This document shows positions 47,356 through 57,590 of a DNA stretch of 64,000 nt, piece after piece. Numbering within the stretch: position 1 is the first letter of the stretch; every line of letters starts with the position of its first letter. The DNA lies in NCBI GenBank assembly GCA_902564025.1, contig CACEZK010000003.1, positions 6,740-70,739 of the forward strand, given 5' to 3'. A model generated the notes under the pieces. It was not told where the DNA came from. It ran no database searches and was given only the letters and a program-made list of their open reading frames with translations. The stretch is from an uncultured Pelagibacteraceae bacterium (GTDB lineage: Bacteria; Pseudomonadota; Alphaproteobacteria; Pelagibacterales; AG-422-B15). Made by a program: the position numbers and the translations under genes.

Positions 47356-49470
47356 GTGAAAAAATTAATCATTTTTGTAGTAAGTCTATTTTTTATTTCA
47401 GGAATATCTTCTTTTGGAGAAATAACGCCTGTAAAGAGAAGTCTATACATTGAATTGCCCGGACCTGGGTTCTCGATCCCAATAAAAAAACCAGTGCAGC
47501 CTGCACTCTCTCAATTATTGAGCAATAAAGACTATGAGTTATTTGAGTTAGCGCTCGACAAGGCGGATAAATATAGATGGGATCGAGTAACTGGAATAAG
47601 CAGTAATATTAAAAATGAAACAGCACAAGAAACTCTAAAATGGCTTAAATATTATAATGGTGCAGGTAATTTAACATTTTCTGATTACAGAACATATATT
47701 AAGAAAAATTCAAATTGGCCTGAAATAGAAAAAATAAAACTCAAAGCTGAGTCAAAAATTACATTTAGAGATAATTATGAAGATTTAATAGATTACTTTA
47801 GCGATAATCCTCCAGAAACAGGCTGGGGTCGAATATATCTAGGTAATGCACTTCTAAACAGTGGCAAATCTGAAGAAGGAAAGAGACTTATCATTGATGG
47901 CTATATCGGTGGCAGCTTTACTAGAAAAGAACAATCTCAAATTATAAAAACTTATAAAAGTATTTTAAATAAAGATCATCATCTGAGAAGAATAAATAAA
48001 TTACTGTGGGACGGAAAATATAGGACTGCAGCCAGATTGGTAAAATATGTTGATAAAGATTATCAAAGACTATTTGAAGCCAGGATAGGATTAATTTCAT
48101 TTGCGGGTGGTGTAGATAATTTAATAAAGCTGGTTCCAGATGAATTGAAAAATGATCCTGGGCTTGTTTATGATCGAATCAATTGGCGAATTAAAAAAAG
48201 AAAGTATGATAGTGCGCTAGCATTATTATTAGATATAAACAAATCAAATTCAAGTGAGTTAGTTCGCCCAGACAAATTTTGGGATAAAAAAAGTTTTCTT
48301 ATTAGGCGTTTAATTGACCGTCATGAATATGAAACTGCATACGCGCTTGCCATAAATCACGGTTTGAATGAAAGTAAAGATATTGCTGAGGCTGAGTGGT
48401 TAGCTGGTTGGATTGCTCTTACTTTTTTAGCTAATCCAGAATCAGCCTATCTTCATTTTCAAGAAATTTGGAATGTTTCATCAAGACCAATCTCAAAAGC
48501 AAGGGCTGCCTATTGGATGGGAAATGCATTAGAGGAAGTTGGCAGTTTTACAGAGTCGCAAAGCTGGTATGAAAAGGCTTCTTCATATAGTCTTACCTTT
48601 TATGGTCAGCTCGCGGCGAGCAAATTATCAGAAAAGAAATTATTTAAACCATTGCTTGTAGAGTATTCCGATGCTAACAACACTGATTATAAAGAAAATC
48701 GACAAGTTTATTTATCAATTTCTTTATTAAATGAATTTGATCGACCTAAATTGGTAAAAAAATTTATTTGGGATCTTGCTGATCGTAACAATCTTAGTAC
48801 TTCTGTAAATTCTGTCAAAACTGCAAATGATATAGGCAGACATGATTTTGCAGTTCAAGCAGGTAAAATTTTATATTATAACCACACAATTCTTGACCCT
48901 CTAAGCTTTCCTCAAATTGAAAGACCTGAATTTGGAAAAATTATTTTTCCAGAACAAAGTCTAATACATTCTGTAACAAGACAAGAGAGTCAGTTTGATC
49001 CTAAAGCTGGAAGTTATGCAGGTGCTAAAGGATTAATGCAACTTATGCCGTATACTGCAAAAAGGGTCTCAAAAGGTTTAAAGCTTGAATATACAAAGAG
49101 TAAATTAACTGAAGATCCAAAGTATAATGTAATTTTAGGAAGTGCTTATTTAGATAAATTACTCTCAAACTACAATGGCTCATACATTCTGTCTCTTGCA
49201 GCTTATAATGCGGGTGAGTCACGAGTTTCCAGATGGATAAAAAAATATGGGGATCCAAGAAAAGATGATATTACAAGTGTAAATTGGATAGAGTTGATAC
49301 CTTTCAAAGAAACAAGAAACTATGTACAAAGAGTAATGGAAAATATTCAAGTATATGAATTTATTGAGAATGGATTGAAACCAATTGAGTACACTTTATC
49401 TTATAATCTCAATCGTGCTTATGTTGGAGGAAAAACCTTAATTAAACCAAGTAAGAAAAAAGAATCGTAA
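47356..49470 (+). CDS. slt: Soluble lytic murein transglycosylase
   Basis: GTG start and signal peptide. Superhelical N-terminal region. C-terminal SLT domain: ESQFDPKAGSYAGAKGLMQLMP, AAYNAG. Confidence 0.88.
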   Translation: MKKLIIFVVSLFFISGISSFGEITPVKRSLYIELPGPGFSIPIKKPVQPALSQLLSNKDYELFELALDKADKYRWDRVTGISSNIKNETAQETLKWLKYYNGAGNLTFSDYRTYIKKNSNWPEIEKIKLKAESKITFRDNYEDLIDYFSDNPPETGWGRIYLGNALLNSGKSEEGKRLIIDGYIGGSFTRKEQSQIIKTYKSILNKDHHLRRINKLLWDGKYRTAARLVKYVDKDYQRLFEARIGLISFAGGVDNLIKLVPDELKNDPGLVYDRINWRIKKRKYDSALALLLDINKSNSSELVRPDKFWDKKSFLIRRLIDRHEYETAYALAINHGLNESKDIAEAEWLAGWIALTFLANPESAYLHFQEIWNVSSRPISKARAAYWMGNALEEVGSFTESQSWYEKASSYSLTFYGQLAASKLSEKKLFKPLLVEYSDANNTDYKENRQVYLSISLLNEFDRPKLVKKFIWDLADRNNLSTSVNSVKTANDIGRHDFAVQAGKILYYNHTILDPLSFPQIERPEFGKIIFPEQSLIHSVTRQESQFDPKAGSYAGAKGLMQLMPYTAKRVSKGLKLEYTKSKLTEDPKYNVILGSAYLDKLLSNYNGSYILSLAAYNAGESRVSRWIKKYGDPRKDDITSVNWIELIPFKETRNYVQRVMENIQVYEFIENGLKPIEYTLSYNLNRAYVGGKTLIKPSKKKES

Positions 49471-49481
49471 TAATAGTTATG

Positions 49482-49575
49482 TGGCGGAGAGAGAGGGATT
49501 CGAACCCTCGGTACGGGTATAAGCCCGCACAACTCCTTAGCAGGGAGCCGGTTTCAACCACTCACCCATCTCTCC
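49482..49575 (-). tRNA. tRNA-Ser (anticodon GCU), long variable arm, CCA encoded
   Basis: Reverse complement is GGAGAGATGGGTGAGTGGTTGAAACCGGCTCCCTGCTAAGGAGTTGTGCGGGCTTATACCCGTACCGAGGGTTCGAATCCCTCTCTCTCCGCCA. Confidence 0.92.
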
Positions 49576-49623
49576 ACACATTGTTTTAATATATCAAATT
49601 TATATTGATTAAAAGAAATTACT

Positions 49624-51066
49624 TTATTGTGATAACTTTTTCTTGATAAGATCATTAACTATTTTTGGATTAGCTTTACCTTTAGAAAGTTTCATGGCCT
49701 CACCAACAAAAAAACCAAAAAGTTTATCCTTTCCATTTTTATATTTTTTAACGTTTTCTGGATTTGAATTTAATACGTTATCAACTAGGCTTTCTATTTC
49801 ATTTTCATCACTAATTTGGGATAACCCTTTTTCATCAATAATTTCTGACGCACCTTTGCCACTTTCACACATTTCCTCCAACACTTCCTTTGCTTGACGG
49901 TTTGAAATCTTACCATTTTCGATGTTATCAATCAGTTCACCAAGTTGTTTTGAAGTAATAGGACTATCTTCTATAATAAGATTTTTTTTATTAAGTATTG
50001 AAAATAATTCGCCAGTAACCCATGTTGTTACAAGTTTTGGATTCCTGTTCTTTACAACGTCTTCGAAATATTCACTTGTTGCTTTGTCTGAAACAATAAT
50101 ATTTGCGTCATAAGAACTAAGAAAATATTCATTAATAAATCTCTCTTTTATTTGATCTGGCAATTCTGGTATTGAGTCTTGTAAACCTTTAATCCAGTCA
50201 TCATCCAAAGTGAGTGGCAAAAGGTCTGGATCAGGAAAATATCGATAATCATGAGCATCTTCTTTTGACCTCATTGATCTCGTTTCACCAGACTGGGTAT
50301 TAAATAATCTTGTTTCTTGATTTACACTTTCTCCTTGCTCAATAAGTTTTATTTGTCTTTTTGCTTCATAAACGATAGCTGCATGAATAAATTTAAATGA
50401 GTTTAAGTTTTTGATTTCGCACCTTGTACCTAATTCATTTCCAGGCTTGTTTACAGAAACATTTACATCGGCTCTTAGGGATCCTTGTTCCATATTTCCA
50501 TCACATGTACCAAGATACCTTAGAATACTTCTAACTTTTCGAACATATTCAACAGCTTCCTCTGGTGAGTTCATATCTGGTTTAGATACAATTTCCATTA
50601 AGGCAATTCCTGAGCGATTCAAGTCAACAAAAGTGAAGTTTGGATCCTGATCGTGCAAACTTTTACCTGCATCTTGTTCTAAATGAAGTCTTTCAACTCC
50701 TATTTTCTTTTGACCATTTTCAGTTTCTATTTCAACAAATCCTTCTCCCACTATTGGGTCCTTATACTGAGATATCTGGTAGCCTTGTGGTAAGTCTTGA
50801 TAAAAATAATTCTTACGATCAAAAATAGATTTTTTATTTATTTTTGCATTTAATCCAATCCCTGACTTAACGGCTTGCTCAATACAAAATTTATTAATTA
50901 CAGGCAGCATACCTGGCATTGCTGCATCAATTAGACTGACTTGACTATTAGGTTTAGATCCAAAATCGGTTGGCGATGATGAAAATAATTTAGATTTTGA
51001 ATTAACTTGAGCATGAATCTCTATTCCAATAACTAAATTCCAACCCTCAATCATTTGAGCCACCAT
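49624..51066 (-). CDS. gatB: Asp/Glu-tRNA(Asn/Gln) amidotransferase subunit B
   Basis: WNLVIGIEIHAQV, HLEQDAGKS, C-terminal YqeY-like domain. The start may be the Met 4 codons in, which would remove the overlap with gatA. Confidence 0.94.
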   Translation of the reverse strand: MVAQMIEGWNLVIGIEIHAQVNSKSKLFSSSPTDFGSKPNSQVSLIDAAMPGMLPVINKFCIEQAVKSGIGLNAKINKKSIFDRKNYFYQDLPQGYQISQYKDPIVGEGFVEIETENGQKKIGVERLHLEQDAGKSLHDQDPNFTFVDLNRSGIALMEIVSKPDMNSPEEAVEYVRKVRSILRYLGTCDGNMEQGSLRADVNVSVNKPGNELGTRCEIKNLNSFKFIHAAIVYEAKRQIKLIEQGESVNQETRLFNTQSGETRSMRSKEDAHDYRYFPDPDLLPLTLDDDWIKGLQDSIPELPDQIKERFINEYFLSSYDANIIVSDKATSEYFEDVVKNRNPKLVTTWVTGELFSILNKKNLIIEDSPITSKQLGELIDNIENGKISNRQAKEVLEEMCESGKGASEIIDEKGLSQISDENEIESLVDNVLNSNPENVKKYKNGKDKLFGFFVGEAMKLSKGKANPKIVNDLIKKKLSQ

Positions 51067-52526
51067 TTTTCTGGAGTTTCTGAATAGCTAATTGTTTCCT
51101 CTATATTTCTAGCAACATTTAGTAATTTTTGTTCTTCAAATGAATTTGTTATCAATTGTAAGCCAATTGGCAAATTATTTTCGTCATTTGCGAAGGGAAT
51201 TGATATGCCTGGTAAACCCGCTAGATTTACAGGAACAGTAAAAATGTCATTTAGATAGTTTTGTACTGGATCAGAAGGCTCATTTGCAATTTCAAATGCT
51301 GTTGAAGGTGTTGAAGGAGTAAGAATTGCATCAACTTTTTTAAATGCTTCAACGTAATCACTTTTTATTAATGATCTAATCTTTTGAGCTTTAATATAAT
51401 AAGCATCGTAATATCCTGATGACAATACATATGTACCGATTAATATTCTTCTCTTTACTTCATCGCCAAATCCTTCTGATCTGGTTTTTTCGTACATATC
51501 AATGAGATCATTTCCTTTAACTCTGAGCCCATATCTCACTCCATCATAGCGAGCTAAATTTGATGAAGCTTCTGCGGGTGCAATAATATAGTAAGCAGGT
51601 AAAGCACTCATTGTATGAGGTAAGCTAATATCTAATATTTCTGCTCCATTCGTCTTTAGTAGATCTGCACACTCATCCCAGCTTTTTTGAGTACTAGCTG
51701 GAAGCTTGTCGCTTCTAAATTCTTTTGGGATTCCAATCTTCATCCCTTTTATGTCTGGATTTAAATTTTCATAATAATTTTCTTTTGGATTGACCGAAGA
51801 AGTTGAGTCCTTTTCATCATGACCCGATATTATGTCTAAAAAAATTGCAGCGTCTTCAACAGTCTTTGTAATTGGTCCTGCTTGATCTAATGAAGAAGCA
51901 AATGCAACTATTCCCCACCTGGATACTCTTCCATATGAAGGTTTCAATCCAACTGTACCCGTAAAAGAAGCTGGTTGTCTGATAGATCCTCCAGTATCTG
52001 TTCCAAGGGAGGCTACACAAAGATCACCTGAAACTGCTGCTGCTGATCCCCCAGATGAACCTCCTGGAACAAGCTCATTATCAGAATTTAGAGACTTCCA
52101 TGGATTCTTAACCGAACCAAAAAAACTAGTTTTGTTGGTTGAACCCATTGCAAATTCATCACAATTAAGTTTCCCCAAACTAATCATACCTGCTTCACCA
52201 CACTTTTGAGTTACTGTAGACTCATAATTTGGAATAAAATTTGATAGAATTCTACTTGATGCAGTTGTTGCCACGCCCTTTGTGCAAAATAAATCTTTTA
52301 TTCCAATTGGAATTCCGTCGTACTTGCTTCTGAGATTTTGACTTTTTCTTCTTTCGTCAGACTTTTCAGCATCAATAAGAGCTTTCTCTTGTGATATAGT
52401 ATTATAGCAATTTAATTCTTTACCACTTTCTATATTTTTCAAATACTCTGAAGTTACCTCTTTCGAAGAAATTTTCTTATTTTCTAAAAGAACTGCCAAC
52501 GATTTTAATGTATGACTATCTCTCAT
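51051..52526 (-). CDS. gatA: Glu-tRNA(Gln) amidotransferase subunit A
   Basis: Amidase signature GGSSGGSAAAV, GTDTGGSIRQPA. Confidence 0.95.
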   Translation of the reverse strand: MRDSHTLKSLAVLLENKKISSKEVTSEYLKNIESGKELNCYNTISQEKALIDAEKSDERRKSQNLRSKYDGIPIGIKDLFCTKGVATTASSRILSNFIPNYESTVTQKCGEAGMISLGKLNCDEFAMGSTNKTSFFGSVKNPWKSLNSDNELVPGGSSGGSAAAVSGDLCVASLGTDTGGSIRQPASFTGTVGLKPSYGRVSRWGIVAFASSLDQAGPITKTVEDAAIFLDIISGHDEKDSTSSVNPKENYYENLNPDIKGMKIGIPKEFRSDKLPASTQKSWDECADLLKTNGAEILDISLPHTMSALPAYYIIAPAEASSNLARYDGVRYGLRVKGNDLIDMYEKTRSEGFGDEVKRRILIGTYVLSSGYYDAYYIKAQKIRSLIKSDYVEAFKKVDAILTPSTPSTAFEIANEPSDPVQNYLNDIFTVPVNLAGLPGISIPFANDENNLPIGLQLITNSFEEQKLLNVARNIEETISYSETPEKWWLK

Positions 52527-52813
52527 TATTCGATCACTTTTGGAACAACAAAGAAGTCCATTTCTTTTTCAGGTGCATTTTCTAGTACATCTTCAGTACT
52601 ATTTTTATTATCTACTTTATCATCTCTAACTTCTAATTTTTGATTAAGGGAATTAGATGTCGGATCAACTTGATCAGTTTTAATTTCTTTTAACTGATCA
52701 ACAAATTCTAAGATTGAGTTAAGATCCTTACTAAGATTATTGAGTTTATTTTCACTGATTGAAATTCTTGCTAACTTACCAAGCTTTAAAAGACTTTTCT
52801 TATCAAATTCCAT
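52526..52813 (-). CDS. gatC: Asp/Glu-tRNA amidotransferase subunit C
   Basis: 95 aa. LARISISE..L..IL.FVDQL pattern. 1-nt overlap with gatA. Confidence 0.9.
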   Translation of the reverse strand: MEFDKKSLLKLGKLARISISENKLNNLSKDLNSILEFVDQLKEIKTDQVDPTSNSLNQKLEVRDDKVDNKNSTEDVLENAPEKEMDFFVVPKVIE

Positions 52814-52844
52814 ATTTATAAGAGGTACTAACTTAAATTAATGT

Positions 52845-53354
52845 ATGATATACAGTCAAAAAATGACTAATGAAACAAAAAAAGAAGTAGATATCACAGA
52901 ATTTAAGTCATTAGTGGAAAGTAACCATAAAATTCTAGGATTGGATATAGGTAGTAAAAGAATTGGAGTCGCAATTTCTACATCAGATATGACAGGGGCT
53001 CTACCATTACGAACTATTAAATATTCAAATATGAAAGACTTTCTAAAAGAAATAAATGAGATAGTTAAACTTCACGAAGTTAAAGCTCTCATCATTGGAC
53101 TGCCATTAAATATGGATGGAAGTGAGGGAAAAAGTGCTCAATCAATCCGTGATAAATCAAGAGCCTTAAATTTGTCTTTAAATATTCCCTATTCTTTTTG
53201 GGATGAGAGACTTTCTACTGTTGCTGTGGAAAAATTATATACAGATAATTCAAAAAGCAGAAAAACTGCCCATAATGAAAAAAAAGAAATTGATAGTCTA
53301 GCTTCAGCATTTATCTTGGAAGGTGCATTAAATTATATTAAAAGAATGAATTAA
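52845..53354 (+). CDS. ruvX: Holliday-junction resolvase-like pre-16S rRNA nuclease RuvX (YqgF)
   Basis: ILGLDIGSKRIGVAIS, GLPLNMDGSEG. Confidence 0.88.
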   Translation: MIYSQKMTNETKKEVDITEFKSLVESNHKILGLDIGSKRIGVAISTSDMTGALPLRTIKYSNMKDFLKEINEIVKLHEVKALIIGLPLNMDGSEGKSAQSIRDKSRALNLSLNIPYSFWDERLSTVAVEKLYTDNSKSRKTAHNEKKEIDSLASAFILEGALNYIKRMN

Positions 53355-54292
53355 TGCTTGAAAACATTAAAATCCCTAAAATCTCTCAAACCCATCTGCA
53401 TGGCATAAAAGATCTTAGCATTGACGATATAAATAATATTTTAGAACTCAGTAAAATTTTTAAAGAACACAACAAAGAAAAAGATAAAAAAATACCAATT
53501 TTAAAAGGTAGAACAATTATAAACCTTTTTTTCGAACCCTCTACAAGAACACTAATCTCTTTTGAGATAGCTGCTAAAAGATTAGGAGCTGATGTAATTA
53601 ATATGAATATTGAAGGATCCTCATTAAGAAAAGGTGAAAGTTTATTTGATACCGCTCAAACTTTAGGAGCAATGAACCCTGATCTAGTAATTATCAGACA
53701 TGGAGAAAATGATGCCTCAAAAGAAATTGCTAAAATATTAGAATGTCCTGTTATAAATGCTGGAGAAGGTGTTAATGAACACCCCACACAAGCATTACTT
53801 GATGCTTATACAATTATAAACCACAATCGAAAACTTAATAATATCACAGTTTCAATATGTGGAGATCTTGAACATAGTCGAGTAGCAAGGTCAAACTACT
53901 ATCTTCTAAATAAAATGAAATCAAAAGTTAGATTCGTATTTCCTGATTATTTTAAACCGAAAGATTTAGATAAATATGATGTTGAAACGTTCACAAATTT
54001 AGAAGATGGCATAAAAGATGCTGATATAGTGATGATGCTTAGAATCCAAAATGAAAGAATAAAAGATTTAAATCTCCCATCAGCAGACGATTATTTTAAA
54101 AGTTTTGGACTTACTTATGAAAAGTTAAAATCAGCAAAACCTGAAGTACTAGTGCTTCACCCTGGTCCAATAAATCGAGGTGTAGAAATAGAGAATGAAC
54201 TAGCTGATGATGTAAATAAATCAGTGATAACTGAACAGGTTGAAAATGGAGTAGCTGTTCGTATGGCTTGTTTGTCAATTATGGTGAAATGA
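53354..54292 (+). CDS. pyrB: Aspartate carbamoyltransferase catalytic subunit
   Basis: FFEPSTRT, HPTQALLD, LHPGP. Confidence 0.95.
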   Translation: MLENIKIPKISQTHLHGIKDLSIDDINNILELSKIFKEHNKEKDKKIPILKGRTIINLFFEPSTRTLISFEIAAKRLGADVINMNIEGSSLRKGESLFDTAQTLGAMNPDLVIIRHGENDASKEIAKILECPVINAGEGVNEHPTQALLDAYTIINHNRKLNNITVSICGDLEHSRVARSNYYLLNKMKSKVRFVFPDYFKPKDLDKYDVETFTNLEDGIKDADIVMMLRIQNERIKDLNLPSADDYFKSFGLTYEKLKSAKPEVLVLHPGPINRGVEIENELADDVNKSVITEQVENGVAVRMACLSIMVK

Positions 54293-54870
54293 TTTTCGAG
54301 ATAATTTTAATTATTTACTTTTCTTACCTTCTGGGATCAATTCCAACTGGTATTTTGGTGTCAAGGTTATTCAATTTAGGGGAGCTTAAAAGTATTGGCT
54401 CAGGAAATATAGGGGCTACAAACGTATTAAGAACTGGAAACTTCTCAGCTGCAGGAATTACATTATTTATTGATTTTTTTAAAGCGTTAATACCAATAAC
54501 CCTTACTCTTGCAATCAATGATAATTTACTTTTTTTATCTGGAACTATTATTCTATTTGGTCATATATTTCCTATATGGCTTGATGATCTAAAAGGGGGT
54601 AAAGGATATGCTTCTTTTATGGGAATTATATTTGCAGTAAACTTTTATTTGTTTTTAGCTCTTGGTATAAGTTGGATTATAATTTTCATAATTTATAGAT
54701 ATTCCTCATTAGCAAGTTTACTTTCTGCAAATTTAATTTCGTTAATTTCATTATTTTATTTTGATTTCAACGTTTCTTTTATGTGTTTAATTATAAATCT
54801 GATTATGATCTTTTCTCATCACGAAAATATAAATCGCTTATTAAAGCGTGAAGAAAAGAAATTGTATTAA
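54289..54870 (+). CDS. plsY: Glycerol-3-phosphate acyltransferase PlsY
   Basis: YLLGSIPTG, GSGNIGATNVLR. I start at the ATG that overlaps the pyrB stop (track start is TTG at 54268). Confidence 0.9.
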   Translation: MIFEIILIIYFSYLLGSIPTGILVSRLFNLGELKSIGSGNIGATNVLRTGNFSAAGITLFIDFFKALIPITLTLAINDNLLFLSGTIILFGHIFPIWLDDLKGGKGYASFMGIIFAVNFYLFLALGISWIIIFIIYRYSSLASLLSANLISLISLFYFDFNVSFMCLIINLIMIFSHHENINRLLKREEKKLY

Positions 54871-54957
54871 GCCTTATATTCTGCCAATTATAAAATATTT
54901 TTTGTGAAAATTTGACAAAGTTTGCAAAAATATATTAAAGAGCGCGATTATAGGGAT

Positions 54958-57528
54958 ATGAATTTAGTAATAGTAGAAAGCCCAGCTAAGGCTAAAACAA
55001 TAAATAAATACTTAGGTAGTGAGTTCAATGTACTTGCTAGCTTTGGTCATGTTCGTGATTTACCTTCTAAAAATGGCTCGGTAGATCCAGAAAACAATTT
55101 TGCTTTTGAATGGGAAGTTTCTTCAACTTCAAAGAAACATATGAAAGAAATTTATGATGCGAGCGCTGATGCATCAACTCTTTATCTTGCAACTGACCCG
55201 GATAGAGAAGGTGAGGCAATTGCATGGCATATTGTTGAACTATTAAATAAAAAAAAATTATTAAAGAATAAAACCGTTAAGAGAGTTGTCTTTAGTGAGA
55301 TCACAAAGAATGCAGTAAAAAATGGAATTGCTAACCCAAGAGATATTGACACTGATCTTGTAGACGCCTATTTGGCTCGAAGAGCACTGGATTATCTATT
55401 TGGCTTTAATTTATCACCAGTATTATGGAGAAAGTTGCCAGGGGCTAAGTCAGCAGGAAGAGTTCAATCAGTTGCCTTAAGATTGATATGTGAACGTGAA
55501 CTTGCCATTGAATCATTCGAACCTGATGAGTATTGGAAAATTAAAGGCAATGTAAAATTTGAGGATGGCTTTAATATAGATGCTAATTTACTTTCTGTAG
55601 AAGGTAAAAAAGTAGAAAAATTTAGTTTTAAGTCTGAAGATGATGCAAAAAAAATTGTAAATTTATTCTCGGATAATAAATTTGAAATATTAGATATTAC
55701 AAAAAAACCAGCTTCGAGGAATCCAGAACCACCTTTTTCTACCTCAACACTTCAACAAACCGCATCAAGTATTTATGGTTTTGGCGCTTCTCGAACAATG
55801 CAAATTGCACAAAAATTATTTCAAGGTATTGAAATTAATGGTGAAACAATTGGTTTAATAACTTACATGCGTACTGATAGCACTGATATATCTAAAGAAG
55901 CTATTGAAACGTATAGAAACTATTTGAAAAATAATTTTGAAAATGGTTATTGCCCTAATGAAGTAAGAACTTACAAATCAAAAAAAGCTAAAAACGCTCA
56001 AGAAGCTCACGAGGGAATTCGACCTACTGATATAGAATTAACACCTGATCAAGTTTCAAAATATTTAGATACAGATAGCTTAAAATTATACTCGTTAATA
56101 TGGAAAAGGGCACTTGCAAGTCAAATGAGTTCTGCTGTATTTGAAAGAACAGCTATTGATATCAGCTCTGAAAAGAATGAATTGAAACTGAGAGCAAACG
56201 GTTCTGTAGTAAAATTTAATGGGTTTTTAAATATTTATAGTGAGTTTAAAGTAAAAAGTGATGAACAAATTAAAAAAGATGAAAATGAGGAAGATGAAGA
56301 TGAGGTTACATTACCCGCTATTTCGAAAGGAATGAAGATAGAGTCAGTTTCACCAACAGAAACACAGCATTTTACTCTCCCACCCCCTAGATACTCTGAA
56401 GCAAGTTTAGTAAAAAAATTAGAAGAATTGGGCATAGGAAGACCTTCAACCTACGCAAGTATAATATCTGTTCTAAAAACAAGAAATTATGTTGAACTTG
56501 ATAAAAATAGGTTTGTACCTGTTGATCGAGCAATATTGATAACAGCGTTTCTAAAAGGGTTTTTCTCAAAGTACATTGATTATGAGTTTACTGCTGGAAT
56601 GGAAGAATCACTTGACGAAATTACTTCAGGAAAAATAAAATGGACTGAATTCTTAGAAAATTTTTGGAAAAATTTTTCTTCAAATGTAGGTGATGTTACT
56701 GATTTGAGAATTACTAATATATTGGATAATTTAAATGAAATTCTTAAGTCCCATATATTTGAGCAAAAAGAAGAGAGTAACGGAGAAAAGGCAATTTCAA
56801 GAAGTTGCCCTTCTGAAAACTGTGAAGGTGAACTAAGTCTTAAAGTAAGTCGATTTGGAGCGTTCGTAGGCTGTTCCAACTATCCCGATTGTAAGTTTAC
56901 TAGACCTATCTCTCATAAAAAAATTAAGGAAGCATTTGAAGATAAAATTCTTGGAAAAGATGCTGAATCAGAACAGGATATTAAATTATTGAATGGAAGA
57001 TTTGGGCCATACGTTCAGCTTGGTGACGTAGTTGAAAAAGAAAAACCAAAGAGAGCCTCGGTACCTAAAGGAATTTCCCCGTCTGCAATTGATTTAGAGA
57101 AAGCTCAGTATTTATTAAGTTTACCTAGAGAGATAGGTGGTCATCCTGAAACAGGTGAAATTATTACTGTGAATTATGGCCGCTATGGTGGTTACATTAA
57201 TTGTGGTGACAAAAATGCTAGCCTTGAAGATAATTCTGAAATTTTTGATATTGGTATTAATAGAGCAGTTTCTCTGCTTGCTAATGCAAAGCCTGGTAGA
57301 CTTAAAAGTTCATCTGAAATCAAAACTTTAGGAGAACATCCTGATGATAAAAAACCAATCAAAGTGATGAAAGGAAAGTTTGGGCCCTATATTAAATATA
57401 AAAGTATTAATGCCACAATTCCCGATAATATTGACCCTGAGGAAATTCTAATGGAAGAAGCTATTGATTTGATTGAAAAAAAACTCGAAAAAACAGGTAA
57501 GAAAAAGAAAAAATCTTCTAAAAAATAA
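54958..57528 (+). CDS. topA: DNA topoisomerase I
   Basis: MNLVIVESPAKAKTI (TOPRIM), DPDREGE, ITYMRTDS (active Tyr), one intact Cys4 ribbon (CPSENC...CSNYPDC) and a Lys-rich tail. The track ORF begins at an upstream TTG (54922). A TTGACA hexamer at about 54912 supports the downstream ATG. Confidence 0.93.
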   Translation: MNLVIVESPAKAKTINKYLGSEFNVLASFGHVRDLPSKNGSVDPENNFAFEWEVSSTSKKHMKEIYDASADASTLYLATDPDREGEAIAWHIVELLNKKKLLKNKTVKRVVFSEITKNAVKNGIANPRDIDTDLVDAYLARRALDYLFGFNLSPVLWRKLPGAKSAGRVQSVALRLICERELAIESFEPDEYWKIKGNVKFEDGFNIDANLLSVEGKKVEKFSFKSEDDAKKIVNLFSDNKFEILDITKKPASRNPEPPFSTSTLQQTASSIYGFGASRTMQIAQKLFQGIEINGETIGLITYMRTDSTDISKEAIETYRNYLKNNFENGYCPNEVRTYKSKKAKNAQEAHEGIRPTDIELTPDQVSKYLDTDSLKLYSLIWKRALASQMSSAVFERTAIDISSEKNELKLRANGSVVKFNGFLNIYSEFKVKSDEQIKKDENEEDEDEVTLPAISKGMKIESVSPTETQHFTLPPPRYSEASLVKKLEELGIGRPSTYASIISVLKTRNYVELDKNRFVPVDRAILITAFLKGFFSKYIDYEFTAGMEESLDEITSGKIKWTEFLENFWKNFSSNVGDVTDLRITNILDNLNEILKSHIFEQKEESNGEKAISRSCPSENCEGELSLKVSRFGAFVGCSNYPDCKFTRPISHKKIKEAFEDKILGKDAESEQDIKLLNGRFGPYVQLGDVVEKEKPKRASVPKGISPSAIDLEKAQYLLSLPREIGGHPETGEIITVNYGRYGGYINCGDKNASLEDNSEIFDIGINRAVSLLANAKPGRLKSSSEIKTLGEHPDDKKPIKVMKGKFGPYIKYKSINATIPDNIDPEEILMEEAIDLIEKKLEKTGKKKKKSSKK

Positions 57529-57590
57529 AAAAACCTGTATCTTTATAATCTTTACAAAAATTAAATTATTAACAAGTTGAAAGGTTAACT

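Noticed and set aside
54922-54957. TTG-initiated 12-aa extension of topA
   Set aside because: TopA proteins begin a few residues before the LVIVESPAKAK TOPRIM strand. The ATG at 54958 fits that. A TTGACA promoter-like hexamer lies inside the putative extension.
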